A stretch of 64,000 nucleotides of DNA, taken from assembly GCA_036172245.1 (NCBI GenBank), contig JAYWIR010000004.1:496001-560000 (forward strand). The letters run 5' to 3'. Positions 38,400 through 51,299 of the stretch are shown here, piece by piece. The notes under the pieces are model-generated. The model worked only from the letters and a program-made list of their open reading frames with translations. It did not search any database and was not told the origin of the DNA. The stretch is from Raillietiella orientalis (lineage: Eukaryota). The first letter of the stretch is position 1, and each line of letters starts with the position of its first letter. The position numbers and the translations under genes are program-made.

Positions 38400-40450
38400 G
38401 TCCTCAGTTTGCCCTCTGCTGGTTTCGTCATGTCCTTTATTCAGAGCTCTGTAGGTGCCAGACTAATGGAGGGCGAGAAGACGCAGGGAGATCGATTCTC
38501 CGATGCTGTGAACAGCCTCCTTGAGAGACTGTGCCACAAGCGACACTTCGGATCAGCTGCAGGGTCCACCACATCCATGGGCCTTGAGTTTCGAAAGTAA
38601 ACGATCGACATCAGGAAAGGATTCGAAGCTGGATCTCCAAGATCGAGTCGGTCGAATCCCGCGGTTTTGGCGACATAGTGGGGAGGAAGTGAGCGATTCT
38701 TTTCCCGAATTCTTTTCCATCCCACATGCACCCAGAGAGAGGGCTCGACATTTTGAGATTCTGCAGCCTAGCTGGTTTGCGTGACTCTGCCCCTCTTCTT
38801 GTCGCATTCTTGCGCAGGTTGCATTCATCGTGATGGTCATTGTATGAATTTACCATCGTCGCATCATTATCGTGCACCATGATGCTTCATCGCATCTTGG
38901 CAACAGGTGGATGGATATTGGCGCGGCATGGAGTCGTTGTGGTGGAAGATCGTCTTTCTGTGAGCATCCTGTGTTGCACAGACAGATGGGAGGGGAGGGG
39001 AAAGAAGAAGAGTAGTTGCACTGGAAAGCGAAAGCAACAGCAGACCACTGATAACTTGATTATCCCTGCAGGACCGAGTGTTCCCTTGACTTGTTGCCTG
39101 TCGGCAGAACGGCGACTTCGGGCTGCTCCCTGGGACAAGAGTGAGCAAGAGCACCCGTTGGGAGAGGATGCGGAATCCCCGTTCTGCCGCGTACCGGAGC
39201 GCTGCGGCAAGACAGCGAAAGCGGATGCTTGCAAATGGCGGTGACCTCGCAAGGATTTTTTCCAGACGTTCCATCCGGCGTTGGCAACGAGTTAATTTTA
39301 CGGTTTGTGATCCAGAACCGGGTCCCAGACGCAGCGGCCTGGTCAACATGCTCGGTTCCTTTTCCCAATCCCGACACCCAAGAAATTTTTGCATCCCGCA
39401 CAGAAGCAGGTGGTGGTTGAAGGAATGGGAAAGAATGCTGCAGTTAGTACGGGATTCCTCAACTGTGTTTTTTTTTCCACTCCCCGTCAGGATCAGATGC
39501 CTCCATCGTGCTGGGATCCGGATTTCAGCTCAAGGGAATAAGGAAAGACCAAACGGGAGGAGAGACCGAAAGCTCCGAAGGCTTGTTAGTTATTAAGGCG
39601 GCGGTTGCGAGGAATCTTGCAGAAGTTGCGATCCGCTCGGAAGAAATACGCTGCCGGACTCATCCAAGGCCTCTCGGCTTGCTGGAATGGCAGTCGTCAG
39701 GGCCATCGGCGGGAATTTTTTCAGGAATAAGTCGAGAATGCGTAAGGATGCAACGCCACCGCCACAGACCGTCTCCGGCTTTGTTCCCTCGGCTACCCTG
39801 CGCATGCACCATCATCCGAGGGGAACCTTTCGGCTTAGGCAAAGTCTCTCAAGTGGGAGGGACTAAGTCGAAAGCACTCCCGCCACCGCAGAACTGGGAA
39901 GCGAAGGAAGTACCGGCTCCAAGAGGAGAGCCTCTGTGGGATGACCCGCATGCTCGGATCACTCCTTCGTTGCACAGAGGACCGCACGTCGATGCCCCCT
40001 CCAGCCTCCTGCAACTCTCCAGCTCATCCTTATCCCCCCTCCTTCTCTCAGTGGGTGCTCTCAGATCTTCTCCTTTACGTCAACCGTATCTCTGCAAAAG
40101 TCATTCCCTCCGGAAGTGCACCAAGGTCCAGCATCCTCTGGTGTTCAAGCTGATGGTCCTCTCAATAGGAAGCCACGGACCTGACGCTGGTGATCTTCCG
40201 CTCCGTAAGAGACGGTCACCAACTGCTGCACCAAGTTGTAAGCATGCTCGAACTCCACCCACGTTCAGCTCCAGGTGGCTGAGTTCGGTGGTCTGTGCTG
40301 TTCGCACAGACCACAGACCGGTTTCGCCGCGCTCGAGGAAGGCGGACCTCGTCGTCACCATCGAGAATGACCACCCATGTCACTTCAAGTCTCTGCCTGA
40401 AAGGCCTTAGAGGTCACACAATTGGTCACAGCTGAAGGGACGCCTAGGAG
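38400..40450 (+). pseudogene. Decayed IR-like gene
   Basis: QRVNFTVCDPEPG..SGLVNML (S1, ~39285-39353) and VFFFPLP (~39465). Confidence 0.45.
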
Positions 40451-40965
40451 TAAAACTCGCATCAAACTGCCGCCTCTGAAAAGCGGCCGGATCTTTTCGT
40501 CTTATCTTCCCGAATAAATTCCAGGGAAAGGAGTGATCCCACTGCACACAGTTCTCCTGATGCCCTCGACCTAGACTCTGGATAGGAGCTTAATCATCTG
40601 GAAGTCCCCTTAGCCTTTCCCCAGCAGCGGCTGGGCAATCCACATCGAACGGTGAGGCTACTCTTCTTTCGAGGCCCCTGCGCTGGTGTGAGCTGCTGGG
40701 AATTCCTCGGGAAGACCTCAAATGTCCCCAGTGCTGAAAAACTCGTTCACTCTCCCTCCCAAGTGCCAGGAGTCGGCGACACTGGTGTTGCATTGAGGCC
40801 ACCCGTGCCTCCAGGCCTTCCTGGAAGACGGTTCCGGAGCAGGGACGACGACACGTGCACGCCAATGGAGCAGGACATCGAGAAATGAAGGACTCCCCGT
40901 TGTAGGGTTGCAGCATCGCATCCATCACCGAGTTGTATATTGACCTACCCTGAGGCACACGCCGA

Positions 40966-41612
40966 TCACGGAGTTTCTACTTTGGGACAATCAGAAGAAA
41001 GATGGAGAGATTCTCGTTTCTGGGGCTGACATTTCCCTGGGCGAACAAACAGGTTTTCGATATCATCTATGGATAGATCCTTGGTCTCTGGCAGCAGAAG
41101 AAGAATAACGGGCACCGTCACTGCGGTCAGGGAAGCGAGGCACCAGAACACCCCGTAATTCGCGATGACGCTCTTCAACGGGTAGTACACCATCAGAGAC
41201 ACAAACCCAGAGAACTGCATGAAGGCGCCTCCCAGTCCGGCGGCCGCGCCCCGAATGCGTAGGGGATATAGCTCGGCGTTCAGCATCCAGGGTATCACTG
41301 TCATTCCCGAGCTACAGGACACCATGTACAGGCTCAGGAGGGCGAACGGAATCCACGACTTGCGTCCGACGTTCCAGCCGCCGACATCGTTCAGGTAGAA
41401 GGCCAGAGCGAGTAAGAACAGGCAAATGGTGGTGAGGGCACAAGACGTAGCGAAGATGGGTTTGCGACCAAAGCGGTTGTTGAGAAAGAGGCTGGCAAGT
41501 CCGATGGTGAGGAACTGCTCGACTCCCAGGATCACGGTGCCGAAGGAGGGATCCACGGAGCTGCGGGAATCCTCCAGGATCTCGTACGAGAAGTAGACGA
41601 CCAGAGAGTAAC
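40966..41612 (-). CDS. Sugar porter (Tret1-like) gene B, terminal exon
   Basis: Acceptor tgtttcag|GT. Motifs RFGRKP, PWMLNAELYPLRIRG and PETKD, then stop TGA. Confidence 0.95.
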
Positions 41613-42644
41613 CTGAAACAGGAGTCTCTCTGGATGCTGAGGAATGGCGAACGTCAGCGATCCCCACTGGGGGCGTCTCTAAGCCCGGCGTATCACTCCA
41701 GAGTTCCCTCGCGAAAAGTGAGTAAACCTTCTGTCTCTCCCCAGCTATTCCCGATTCCCATTCGCTTTCCAGCTTTTCTTTTCTTGTTGCTCTTGATTCT
41801 CCAAACAAAGAACTACAACCTGACCTAACACGAAGCTGATACCTTAATCTGACTCAAACTGACCCATTCTACCAGACATAAACCCGCTATACAGCCAGTC
41901 TAATTCTCCAATCTGACCTGATGTATTCCTCACACACAAAATAGTACTGGGATGATCGACTCTCGACTCCGACAAGCACAGGAGGGAAGAAAGGAAGGAA
42001 GAAAGTTCTTCTTTTCCTTGGAGACAACGCTGTGAATAGAATCTGCTCATCTCAAAAGCAGAGGATGCCACTCAGGCACGCTTGCAGCATTTTGTTGCCT
42101 GCGTGCCGTGAAGATCAGCCGGCCCTCCGCTGCCCTTTTTAGCTTTCCTACGGCGCGCCTGAAGAAGTGCGCAGAAAAAGCCAAGCCATGTCGTAGAACG
42201 AGCCTGAGTTCTTACGCGTCCCCCCCTCGTCCACCGAGAAAAGAGCGCCGCCCTTCCCACTTTTTCGCTCCAGTGATAACTCTGCAAGGCGTTGGTGCTA
42301 GCGAAAATGGCCATCGCCCTGAGCAAGTCCGATGATGGGTCACTGCACCGTCAAGCCGAATAACGCGGACGTCGGCTTCAAGGCCCATATTCTGGGGTCC
42401 AGAGCTCCAAACAGCATGCTCCCCGATCCCACCCGCCCTTCCTGCAGAGCGGGTGTACTCTGCCGGGTGCGGCAACCGCAATAAGTTCTTCCCCTTCCTT
42501 CCTGGAGCAGGGAAGTGCCATAATTCCCTGCATTTCGTCCGCAGCCGTTCCTCGACTCCAGTCGAGCGACGGAAGCAAGAGGAACTGTTCCACACACAGA
42601 ACAAGAGGAAGTGACCCACAAACCAAGAAGCATCTCTTGCATAC

Positions 42645-43268
42645 CTGCCAGCTGAACGGATCCGAGGAGATAGAGGCAGAGAACCACCGGGACGACGTAC
42701 TCTCGACGAAGGAGTTCTCTATAGGAGGTCTTCTGGGTCTGGTAGCTCTTGGCGGTTTTCTGCATGATCTCGAACTCGCCATCCACGGAGCTCGACCTGG
42801 GCCTCAGCCACTGTAGGCTTCTCTTCGCCGCCTCCGTGTTCTCCTCCCCTGCTCTCAGCAGCCAGAGCGGCGACTCTGGAGACGCTAGCAGAAGGAAGAA
42901 CTGGATCAAGGAGACCGCCGCGCTCCCGGCGGCAGTCAGGCGCCAACTCAGGAAGCTCCCCATGAGGTATTCGAGCAGGATGCCTATCGTGATGGCGACC
43001 CCTGGTATAGACGTCAGGAATTTCCTGTTCTTGCAGTCAGACGTCTCCACGATGTACACCCTGCAGCAAGGAGCGAGAATGCCCGAGCAGATGCCGGTGC
43101 ACATCCGGCCGGTGTAGATGAGGTAGATGTTCTGCGCGACGGCAATGATCACCCAGCCCAGCACGAAGGGGATCGTCGTCAGCAGCATGGACTTTCGTCT
43201 GCCGAGTCTCTCTGCTCCCAATCCTCCCATGAGCATGCCCACCGTGGCGCCGATGTTGAACATGCTAC
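42645..43268 (-). CDS. Sugar porter (Tret1-like) gene B, central exon
   Basis: Acceptor ttccag|GT and donor G|GTATGC, 624 nt as in gene A. Motifs ERLGRRK, VYIVE, PESPLW and LQWLR. Confidence 0.95.
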
Positions 43269-45000
43269 CTGGAATCAGAGTTCCCGTTTCAGAAGGTGCC
43301 TTTCTTGGCGCGATTTGGAGGTCAGGGCAGGTCGGATCGGCGTGCCTCGACTTCGCGTCAGATCACGCAAGTATCGAGGTTGTCCTGGGTCAGATTGAAG
43401 CGTGCCGTGTCTCATAGGGGATGCCCCAGGGGCGGCGGATTCTAGTGAACTTTGCGACCGCGCTTCCCTCTGACACGCAGGGAAGAAGGAGGTGGGGGGT
43501 TCTACGTCAGTGTTTGGCCGACCCAAGCCGTGCTTTGAGCCAAGCATCTTAGTCATGCGCGCGCTGTTCTTCCCGTAGGAGAAATGGCAGCGACGCACTA
43601 AGGGGGCAAGGTGCGGAGGACACCGCGCAAGAAGCTGGAATATGCTACCGGAAACGGTCCCTCCGGCAAACTGCTCAGCATATTGAATTTTCCTTCCCTG
43701 TTTCTCCTCTGTTTCACCTCGTCAGGACTTGCCCATCCACCGTTCCTAGCAACCTTACCGCAGACGCTGCCTTCTCTGGAGCCCCACCAGTAAGGGATAT
43801 TTCTGGTGCAAAAGAGTGAGGGAAGAGCTTTCGGAAGATGTATCAGAGGCTGCCGGTGACATCGGAGAAGTGTCGCCGGAGGCACCACTGATGTTTCCAG
43901 GCGAGGACGGCGGCAGGCAGGCGTGGAGGTGGCGGCGCGCGGAGCTTGACGGAGGTCTCCACTGGCCGCTTCAGAAGGTCAGGGGGACGAGGTAAAGATC
44001 CGGGAAGAGACCCCAGAGGGAAGTCACGCTTGGATATGTACGCTTCCGCAACTGACCGCTTCTAGCTGGAGGCTTGTTGCGCGCAGGTGTGCTTGCCCAG
44101 AGTAGGAAGGAGGGGGAAATGCAGCGGAATCATGGGCGGGACATCCCCTCAGGACAGCCAGAAAGGAAGTGTTCCCGGAGGACGTTCTTAGGGAGGAGGA
44201 GTGACGAAGGCGTTACCGGAAATCGGAGGAGGTGGTGAGAAGGATACAGCGCGGCAGGTGGACCTTTGGACCATCCCGAGCCCGGGAGAGTGCGTGCCAG
44301 ATGGAGCTGCCATCCCACAACTGAGACAAGTCCCCGCACAGAAAGAATCCACTACAACCCTTACCCCTTCCCCTTCCCCTTTCCTTCTTTTCTTTCTTCC
44401 CGTAGGGCGAAGAGGGGAAGAAGGCCAGTCGCACGCGGGGGAGCGGTCACGCAGTCATCAATAAGTCAAAGCGCCATTTCTGACGGGGCCACTAATGAGC
44501 AAGCTGGAAGGAGGAACATCCTGTGCTCCTTCGCTGGAGGGAAGGTTCGGAACTTCCTCAGTCGTGCCGGATCCCAGTGCCGGGCGCTGCAGCGGGAACG
44601 TCGGGGATGCGAGCAGCGGAGGCACCGACGGAGAAAGAGAGTTCGGGCTGCCGCCAGCGCTCGGAATGATGCCCTTCGAAAGGCGTCGTCCCAGGGCCTC
44701 CGGTCGAGCAGCGGGGCCTTCGCGGGAAGGGTTCAGTCACCCTTCGGTTGGGCGGTGGGGGAGGCAGCTTTTTCGCCGAGGCGGCGCTTCAAGGGCTGAG
44801 GCGACCCGCTGCTGCTCTGTTGCGGCTGCGGTCCCAAGATGGCGGCGGCGGGTGGGAATCCCCAGGGAGTTTCGCGGGAAAGCCTCGCCTGTCCACCGCT
44901 CCATCTGCAAGCGGAAATCCGGCAGGGTGGGCTCGGGAACGGTGGTCATCGGGCAGAGCGCCCCGTCGCGAAGCCCCCTCCTCCGGAAGCCCTCGCTCAC

Positions 45001-45136
45001 CGATGAGTGACGCCTGGTTGTCGGTGAGGTCCTTGAACGCGGCTTCCTTCTTCATGGAGGGAATGGCCAGGGAGGTGTACCCGTAGCAGGAGCCGAATGC
45101 CATTTGACCCAGGGACGCCGTAATCGCCACCAGCCA
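45001..45136 (-). CDS. Sugar porter (Tret1-like) gene B, TM1 exon
   Basis: Acceptor tttccag| after a (CCT)n tract; WLVAITASLGQMAFGSCYGYTSLAIPSM...SLIG; donor G|GTGAGC. Aligns without gaps to the gene A TM1 exon. Confidence 0.9.
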
Positions 45137-45203
45137 CTGGAAATGGAGAGGAGGAGGAGGAGGAGGTGACGCAGGACATCAGGGGCCCGAGGGGTCTCAG
45201 TAC

Positions 45204-45287
45204 CTGGGTCCAGTCCTTGCAGAAGAGAATCTTGCGGGAAGGCTTGCCACCCTCTTCGGCAGCGGCGGCGGGATGGACATGGTTCCC
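45204..45287 (-). CDS. Sugar porter gene B, probable N-terminal coding exon
   Basis: Acceptor ttctcacttccag| and donor CAG|GTACTG. The 84-nt exon (GNHVHPAAAAEEGGKPSRKILFCKDWTQ) is in frame with the next exon across a 67-nt intron. The exon carrying the start codon was not identified. Confidence 0.5.
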
Positions 45288-46700
45288 CTGGAAGTGAGAA
45301 AAGATCTCCGGAAGGTATCCGGAAAAACGGGGGAGGGAGAGGAATCCTGATCTTCCCGAGTTTCCTCGGGGACGTCAAGAAAGAGGAGAGGGGGAAGGAA
45401 CTCCAGAAATGGAAATGAGCTTTGCCTATCGGGATATCGGCCGCAGCGAGCCCCGGTCCTCATGCAGGGAAAGCAGCGCATTGCCGGGTCAGCCGCTGCT
45501 GCCCCCAAGCGGCCGTGCGCTGAGGTGGGCGCTGCGTGCGGGGACTCGAAGACAGAGCCCTCTGGAATTGACGCCTCCGGGGTGATGGGGGGATGAAGGA
45601 GCCTCTGGACCCTCCTTTCTCCCTATCCGAGTCTTTCGCCCTTCTCGTGACCCCTAAGGCCCACAGGCGACTCTTCTCTGCTCGAGGAGAGCCGGAAGCT
45701 GGTCGAGGGCTTTCCCGGGAGCTAGTCAAGGGTTTGCGGGATGCTGGCAATTGTCCTGTCTCCCCTGAGAGGCAACAGGGGGGATCGCTCGCACCCACCC
45801 TCCTGCCCGCCCATTTTGTTCCGGAAACGTCGTTCCTTGCGGTGCGCAGTCCGCGGAAGGGCGCGCGGCCCACTCGCGACACCCAGCCCTTCCCTCCGAT
45901 TGCTCTTCCGGCGAGAACACCACACCACTAGCACGCACCTTCTTGTTCCTCCTGGCCGCAGCAGGAAGGGTAATCGATCCCCTTCCGGTGCCCTCCAACG
46001 CAGCCTCCGACCCCTCCTGCATCCGAACGGCGTCTGCGCCGGGACCGTCCGGAAGAATCGCCAGCACCGCGGTGTGTTTGGAGCAGAGCGAGACTGCAGA
46101 CTGCAAGGACGGGGAGAGGACCACTGCCTGCTCACCCAGAGACCGAGCGGTCTGCAGAGAGATTCCACGGGAGAGAGGGCGAACCGAGTGGAGACGGCGC
46201 GATAAGCTGCGGCGGGCGAGGAGGCACGCAAGGAGGGAAGCGGGGGGCACGGGAGAGAAGGGACGTGAAGGCGATGACGACAACGACGACGACTCCCGTC
46301 GCGCGCGCAAGAGGACGCTGCCGCTTTTCCCGCCCTCCGCGGCTACTGCCCCCGTCGACTCTTCCCGCCGCCGCTGCCGATAGCCTCCGGCGCTCCTTTC
46401 TGCGCGCACCCCGTTCCTCCCTTTTCTCCCCCCCCCCCCCACGCCGGCATGCTGGTCGCCTGAGGAAAAGGAGCTCTGCGATCCCATCGCACTTCAACTT
46501 TGCGCGGGCCGACTTTTCCCCTCCTACAGCCCGAGAGGGATACCTGGCTCTCTACGGGGAACTCCTTCCTCCCAGCGCCCCTCCGACGTGATCGAGGGGG
46601 TGCCCCTCGCTGGATAGTTGAAGAGTTCTGGGGAGCCGCTCCTGACCACGTGGAGGAAGTTTTAGCAGTGGACGTGGGCGTCCGGAGAGAAGCCGAGACT

Positions 46701-46706
46701 TTTATT
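46701..46706 (-). promoter_or_regulatory. Candidate polyadenylation signal of transporter gene A
   Basis: AATAAA on the - strand, ~207 nt downstream of the stop. Confidence 0.45.
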
Positions 46707-46912
46707 TCTTTCAGAGTGGGGGCACGTGCGCGCCGGGTGCCGCTGCCGTCGTGAGTTTGGGACCTCCCAAAGCCCCTGGGACGTGAATAACTTAAATAGC
46801 ACGAGGCAGGAGGCGGGGCCAGGCATGAGGGAGGGGAGGGGGAGAGAGAGAAAGGGAGCGACAGGTGAGTAGAGTTCGGGCGGCAAGATAGCTGCGGCCG
46901 GCTCTGGGCGCC

Positions 46913-47571
46913 TCACTTGGCGGTGATGACCTCAGGGTCGTTACCGCCGGAGAACGCATCGTTGGAGTAAGCAGACACTTCCTTGGGTTTGCCCTTCTTG
47001 GTGCCCATCATGAGCTCGATCTCTTCAAGGGTGGTACCCTTCGTCTCCGGGACGACGTACATGGTGAAAGGGACAACGACTGCTGTCATCAGGCTGAAGA
47101 ACCAGAACGCCCCGTAGATCCCGATTCGGTCGCTGAGGGGGAAGTAGACCAACAGGACGAGGAATCCGCTCAGCATCATGACGGAGCCCCCGAACCCTGC
47201 GGCGATTGCGCGGATCCGGAACGGGTACAGCTCCGCGTTGAGGATCCAGGGCACGGACACCAACCCGGGGGTGGAAGCCACGCTGTAGAGGATCAGGATG
47301 GCCACGGGCATCCAGGATATGGCGGACATGTCCCTGTCGAGGACGTCCTTCAGGTAGGAGTAGAAGCCGAAGAGGAACAGCGAGGCGGACGTGATGGCGC
47401 AGGAGATGGCTAGGACCGGCTTGCGCCCACAGCGGTCGTAGAGGAACTTGCTTCCGGAGGCGGCGCTGATGAACTGGACAGCGCCCAGAAGAACCGTGGA
47501 CATGCCCGGATCGATGCTGCTCTCGGCTGCGACCAGGAGCTCGTAGGAAAAGTAGACGATCACTCCATAGC
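46913..47571 (-). CDS. Sugar porter (Tret1-like) gene A, terminal exon
   Basis: Acceptor ttccccag|GC. Motifs DRCGRKP, PWILNAELYPFRIR and PETKGTTLEEIE, then stop TGA. The three exons join in frame to 488 aa when read from ATG 59941. Confidence 0.95.
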
Positions 47572-49942
47572 CTGGGGAAAAGTGGAAGTGAGTCGTCGCT
47601 GGTCTGGCTCCCCTCCTGTCGCGGGGCGCAGCTGGGCTCGCAAGCGAGCACCTAACATTCCCTCTTTCCCTCCTTGCTTGTCCCGTTCTGATACCACCAC
47701 CCCCGTTTCACTCCTGGGAGGTCGCCGTCGGTCGGCCAAACCTTCACACGCAATTGCCTTTGGCCCCTAACGAGTCAGTGCCACCTCCCGAGAGGTGGAA
47801 CGTTCCTTCGAGACAGCGGAGGCGCCGTGAGACATCCACCAGCTGGGACGGTGGCTGAGGCGCGGCTGAGCCTACGGGAGACGGGGCAAAAGACAGACGT
47901 TCCATCCCGCCGGAGTCCAAGCAAGCAGACTGAATGCATCGCAGGGCAGAAGGCATGGGATCCGTCGGTGGACCTCAGCAAGGAATCACTTTCGAGCATC
48001 CCGAGGGCGCCAGAGCCCCTTTTCTCAGTAGAGGCAGGCTGGGGCGATCCCACTGTCTCCTTGTCCGAGCGCCTCTCTGCGCACATGAGAACAGCTGGTG
48101 TCGCGGTCGCCATTTTCCCTTTTCTTTCACCGTGCTGCACCCATAGTCGTTCTTGGTCGCTGTTTCGACCCTTCCTCCAGGAGCTTTTTCGCGGCTTCCG
48201 TGATGCTTGGACCGTTTACAGAATTCGCCGGGACCCCCTGTTAGATCCTGGTATTTTGAGAACAGAGAAGACGCTGCTCCAGGGTGCTTGAACATAAACA
48301 TTACGGTCAGGCCGGCATCACCGGCCTGATCAGGTCACATAAAATCCCAGGTCATGCAAAGCAATCATTTGTGGCACTTGAAGAGAGGGAGCCTGCTGGA
48401 TCGGTCGGCAAGGGTCAGGTTTTCGGTAGTCGAAGGTGGACAGCAGCTGGGACAGTTCCTGAGAAGGTCCACTCGGAGGATGCTGCCGAAAATGTGAGAA
48501 AGGAAATCCTCCACCGAGACTGTCTCAGTAGCTTGGTGGGTGTGATGACCGCCGTGCCTAAGGACCAAGATGCACCTCCAAGGTGTTCAAAGATGCGGTG
48601 TCGCTCTTGAGAGAAACGTAGCGGCTGGAGGCTCATCTTCTCACCTTCACCCCTCCATTCCGATGCATCAGTCCGGCTGCATGGTTTGCATCCTCCGGAA
48701 AGATACACGCTCCTTGCAGTCGGCTTCCAGACTAACCTTTGAGCTCATCTCCCTCTCCTGCGTGCTCTCTTTCAGATCACGAGGCGCCAAGTCTACGTGC
48801 ACTCCAGAATGCGCAAGGTCCGCTCCGTCGAGAACCAGGCATTCCGTAAGAAGTTGCAACGGAGGTTGGGTAGTGGGGAGTGAGTACGGATGGCCTTGAG
48901 AGCTGCAACTGGTCGGTCAAAAGCTTGGGGGCGTGTCGGCCGCCTCGTGGACGCATCAAAGTGACCAGAAAAGATTCATCGCCACCAGCTTCACCAGAAG
49001 ACGTCTGCTGCACGTCTCATGCATATGCTGTAGCAAGGAAGGGGAGCGACCGCTAGCCCATCTCCTCAACACTTCCCCGCTTAGCCTGCCTGCGCGTTCA
49101 GAGGCGCATTATCTCTGCTTTCGCTTATCTCTGCCTCCTGCCACTCTTGCATTCTGCTCAAATTGAATCACGCGATGAGGAGAGGCCAGTATATCCGTGA
49201 CCCGGGTCAGCAAGCACATCAGAGAGTATAAAGGATAACCGGTGGGTTTGCGACGAAGGGCACAGTTCGGTTCTCCGGCGTGACCACTTCGCCCCAGCAC
49301 AAGAGCAGCTCCAGGAGCACCCGCGCTCCGCAATCAAGGAGGCCTCCCCAGTGCCCATCCTCACGCGTAGACCTTGATCGCCTGTTTAAAAGCTTCGAAC
49401 GGGAAAGTAGGAGCCTATCTCCGTTTTGTTTCTCATTCCAGATGAGGCCCCTCACAGGCGTCAGCATTTAATGCGAACTACCGGCTCGGCGCCTATGGAC
49501 AAACATCCTCAGCCGTTCGCAGTCCGACTGCCATCGCGGATTTACCGTTCGCGCCTTGACGCAGATTGGCGGAATTGCCTTGACCTTGGATTCACGTCAT
49601 GGACCGAACTGCACGTGAAGATATTGAGGATGTGGGTAACCACAGCTCTTACTGACCGCGCCATTTTACGAGAGAGACTTCTCTCACCGGATGATAGGTG
49701 CACACGCGGAGACGCTGAACCTGGCGTGCACCGTTTCCCGTTACAATGAACATCGACATCGGCACACCACGAAATACAGTATTCCGTAAACAGGATAGGG
49801 ACAACGGGGCTGATAAGGAAACTTTACCGTAAGTTTGCCAGAGACCCGTGAACGCGGTTTTTTACTCTTTTTTCCACTTTTTTCTGTTTCAGAGAGAACA
49901 GAAATCACATTGGTTGCTTAGCAAGGTGATGCCGGTCTGAAC

Positions 49943-50788
49943 CTCTAAGCCGGCGGTGGGCAACTCGTTCGTCCCCGCAGAGCGGTCGAAACACTTCGCA
50001 ACTCTCACCAATGGCGACACTCACGGCTTGCATCAGTTTGCTGGCCCTCCTTACGTCATCCCCATTAGCCAATGACGATGCAACCTCTCACGCTCCCGCT
50101 GACGTAATTGTTCTTCCAACTTCTCTTCCAGAAGGCTCGCCAGAGTGGCTCCGGCAAGCGCCGTCCCGCTGCGGAAGCAGCCGCCTACGCGCGAACTCTC
50201 GAGGGGTCGCCGGACAGACGGCGAGATCCATTCGAGATTGCGAGCGGGAGCTTTTGAATCTGTCACATGCAAAAATCCTCACGTCAATTATCGGCACCAT
50301 GTGAATAACGACATGGAAAGACACTCGAGATCACGGACTTGTCTTGGAGCAAGCGAAACGAGCGCCATCGTAAACCAAAGCTGGAAACTGAACATTCAAT
50401 CATGAACGCACATTATCTCCGGACGCATGGATTCCCTTGGAAATGTTTGGCTGCACAGGAATGCAGGCATGCGCGTGCGATGTTTGGATCCGGATCGGTT
50501 TCCTCATCACGCGACGTTCCCGATCAAGAGAGATATCCCTGTCTGCCGGGACCGCGTTCTCCGAATCAGCGCAAATAGGCACCGTGCCGAAACCAGGGCG
50601 TACGAGGTTTGGAATGGGCGCTTGCACGACAGGAGGACTACCGTGTGGGAGTACCCCTTTGCTTGTTTGTTTTTGCCACCCGTCCGGATCAGGGTGTCTT
50701 CGATGAAGAAGGGGCTGCCATCCTACGAAGGCTGGGAGACACTGCTCGCCCTGGATGCTGGAGGGCGGGGGAACGTTTGGAACGTGGG
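49943..50788 (+). repeat. Inverted repeat, left arm (846 bp)
   Basis: Reverse complement of 55232-56077. ORF translations are identical in several frames; one C/T difference was seen near 50774. Confidence 0.97.
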
Positions 50789-51299
50789 TTGGGCCCACCT
50801 CTTCTTTAAACCAGGTGCTCATGTAGAATGACCAAGTGCCTTCCTGTGTCCTGCTCTGGCCAATTTTGATGTTATGTGAGAAACACACTGCAGAGTGCCA
50901 CTACAGAAGTGCTAAAGAGATCAATTGACAGCGGAGCATTCTATTTTTCTAGGTTCCCGATCGTTATGGGATCAGGAGGTCTTATTCGTGTGCAGCTAAT
51001 GTTGGTGGACCGGTGCAGAAGATTTCTCGAATCCCTGTTCATCTTCTATGTAGGTCAACCCCCGCATAGGCTACACTCACTTTCGTCATGAGATCCCAGC
51101 TGCTTTCTCCACGGTGGAAGCAGCGTAATACAAAATTCCACATCATTTCTTGCCAGCCTTCTCTTCCGGAACGTGACCCCTGGGCACTTCATCCTGAGTC
51201 TCAACTCTTCTTCCTGGAAACTCAGCTTGCAGAGTCGTCCTTTTGCGTTCTTCGACTTCTTGGGTTCCAATTGAATTTTGCGGCTTCTTCCTGGAGTTC

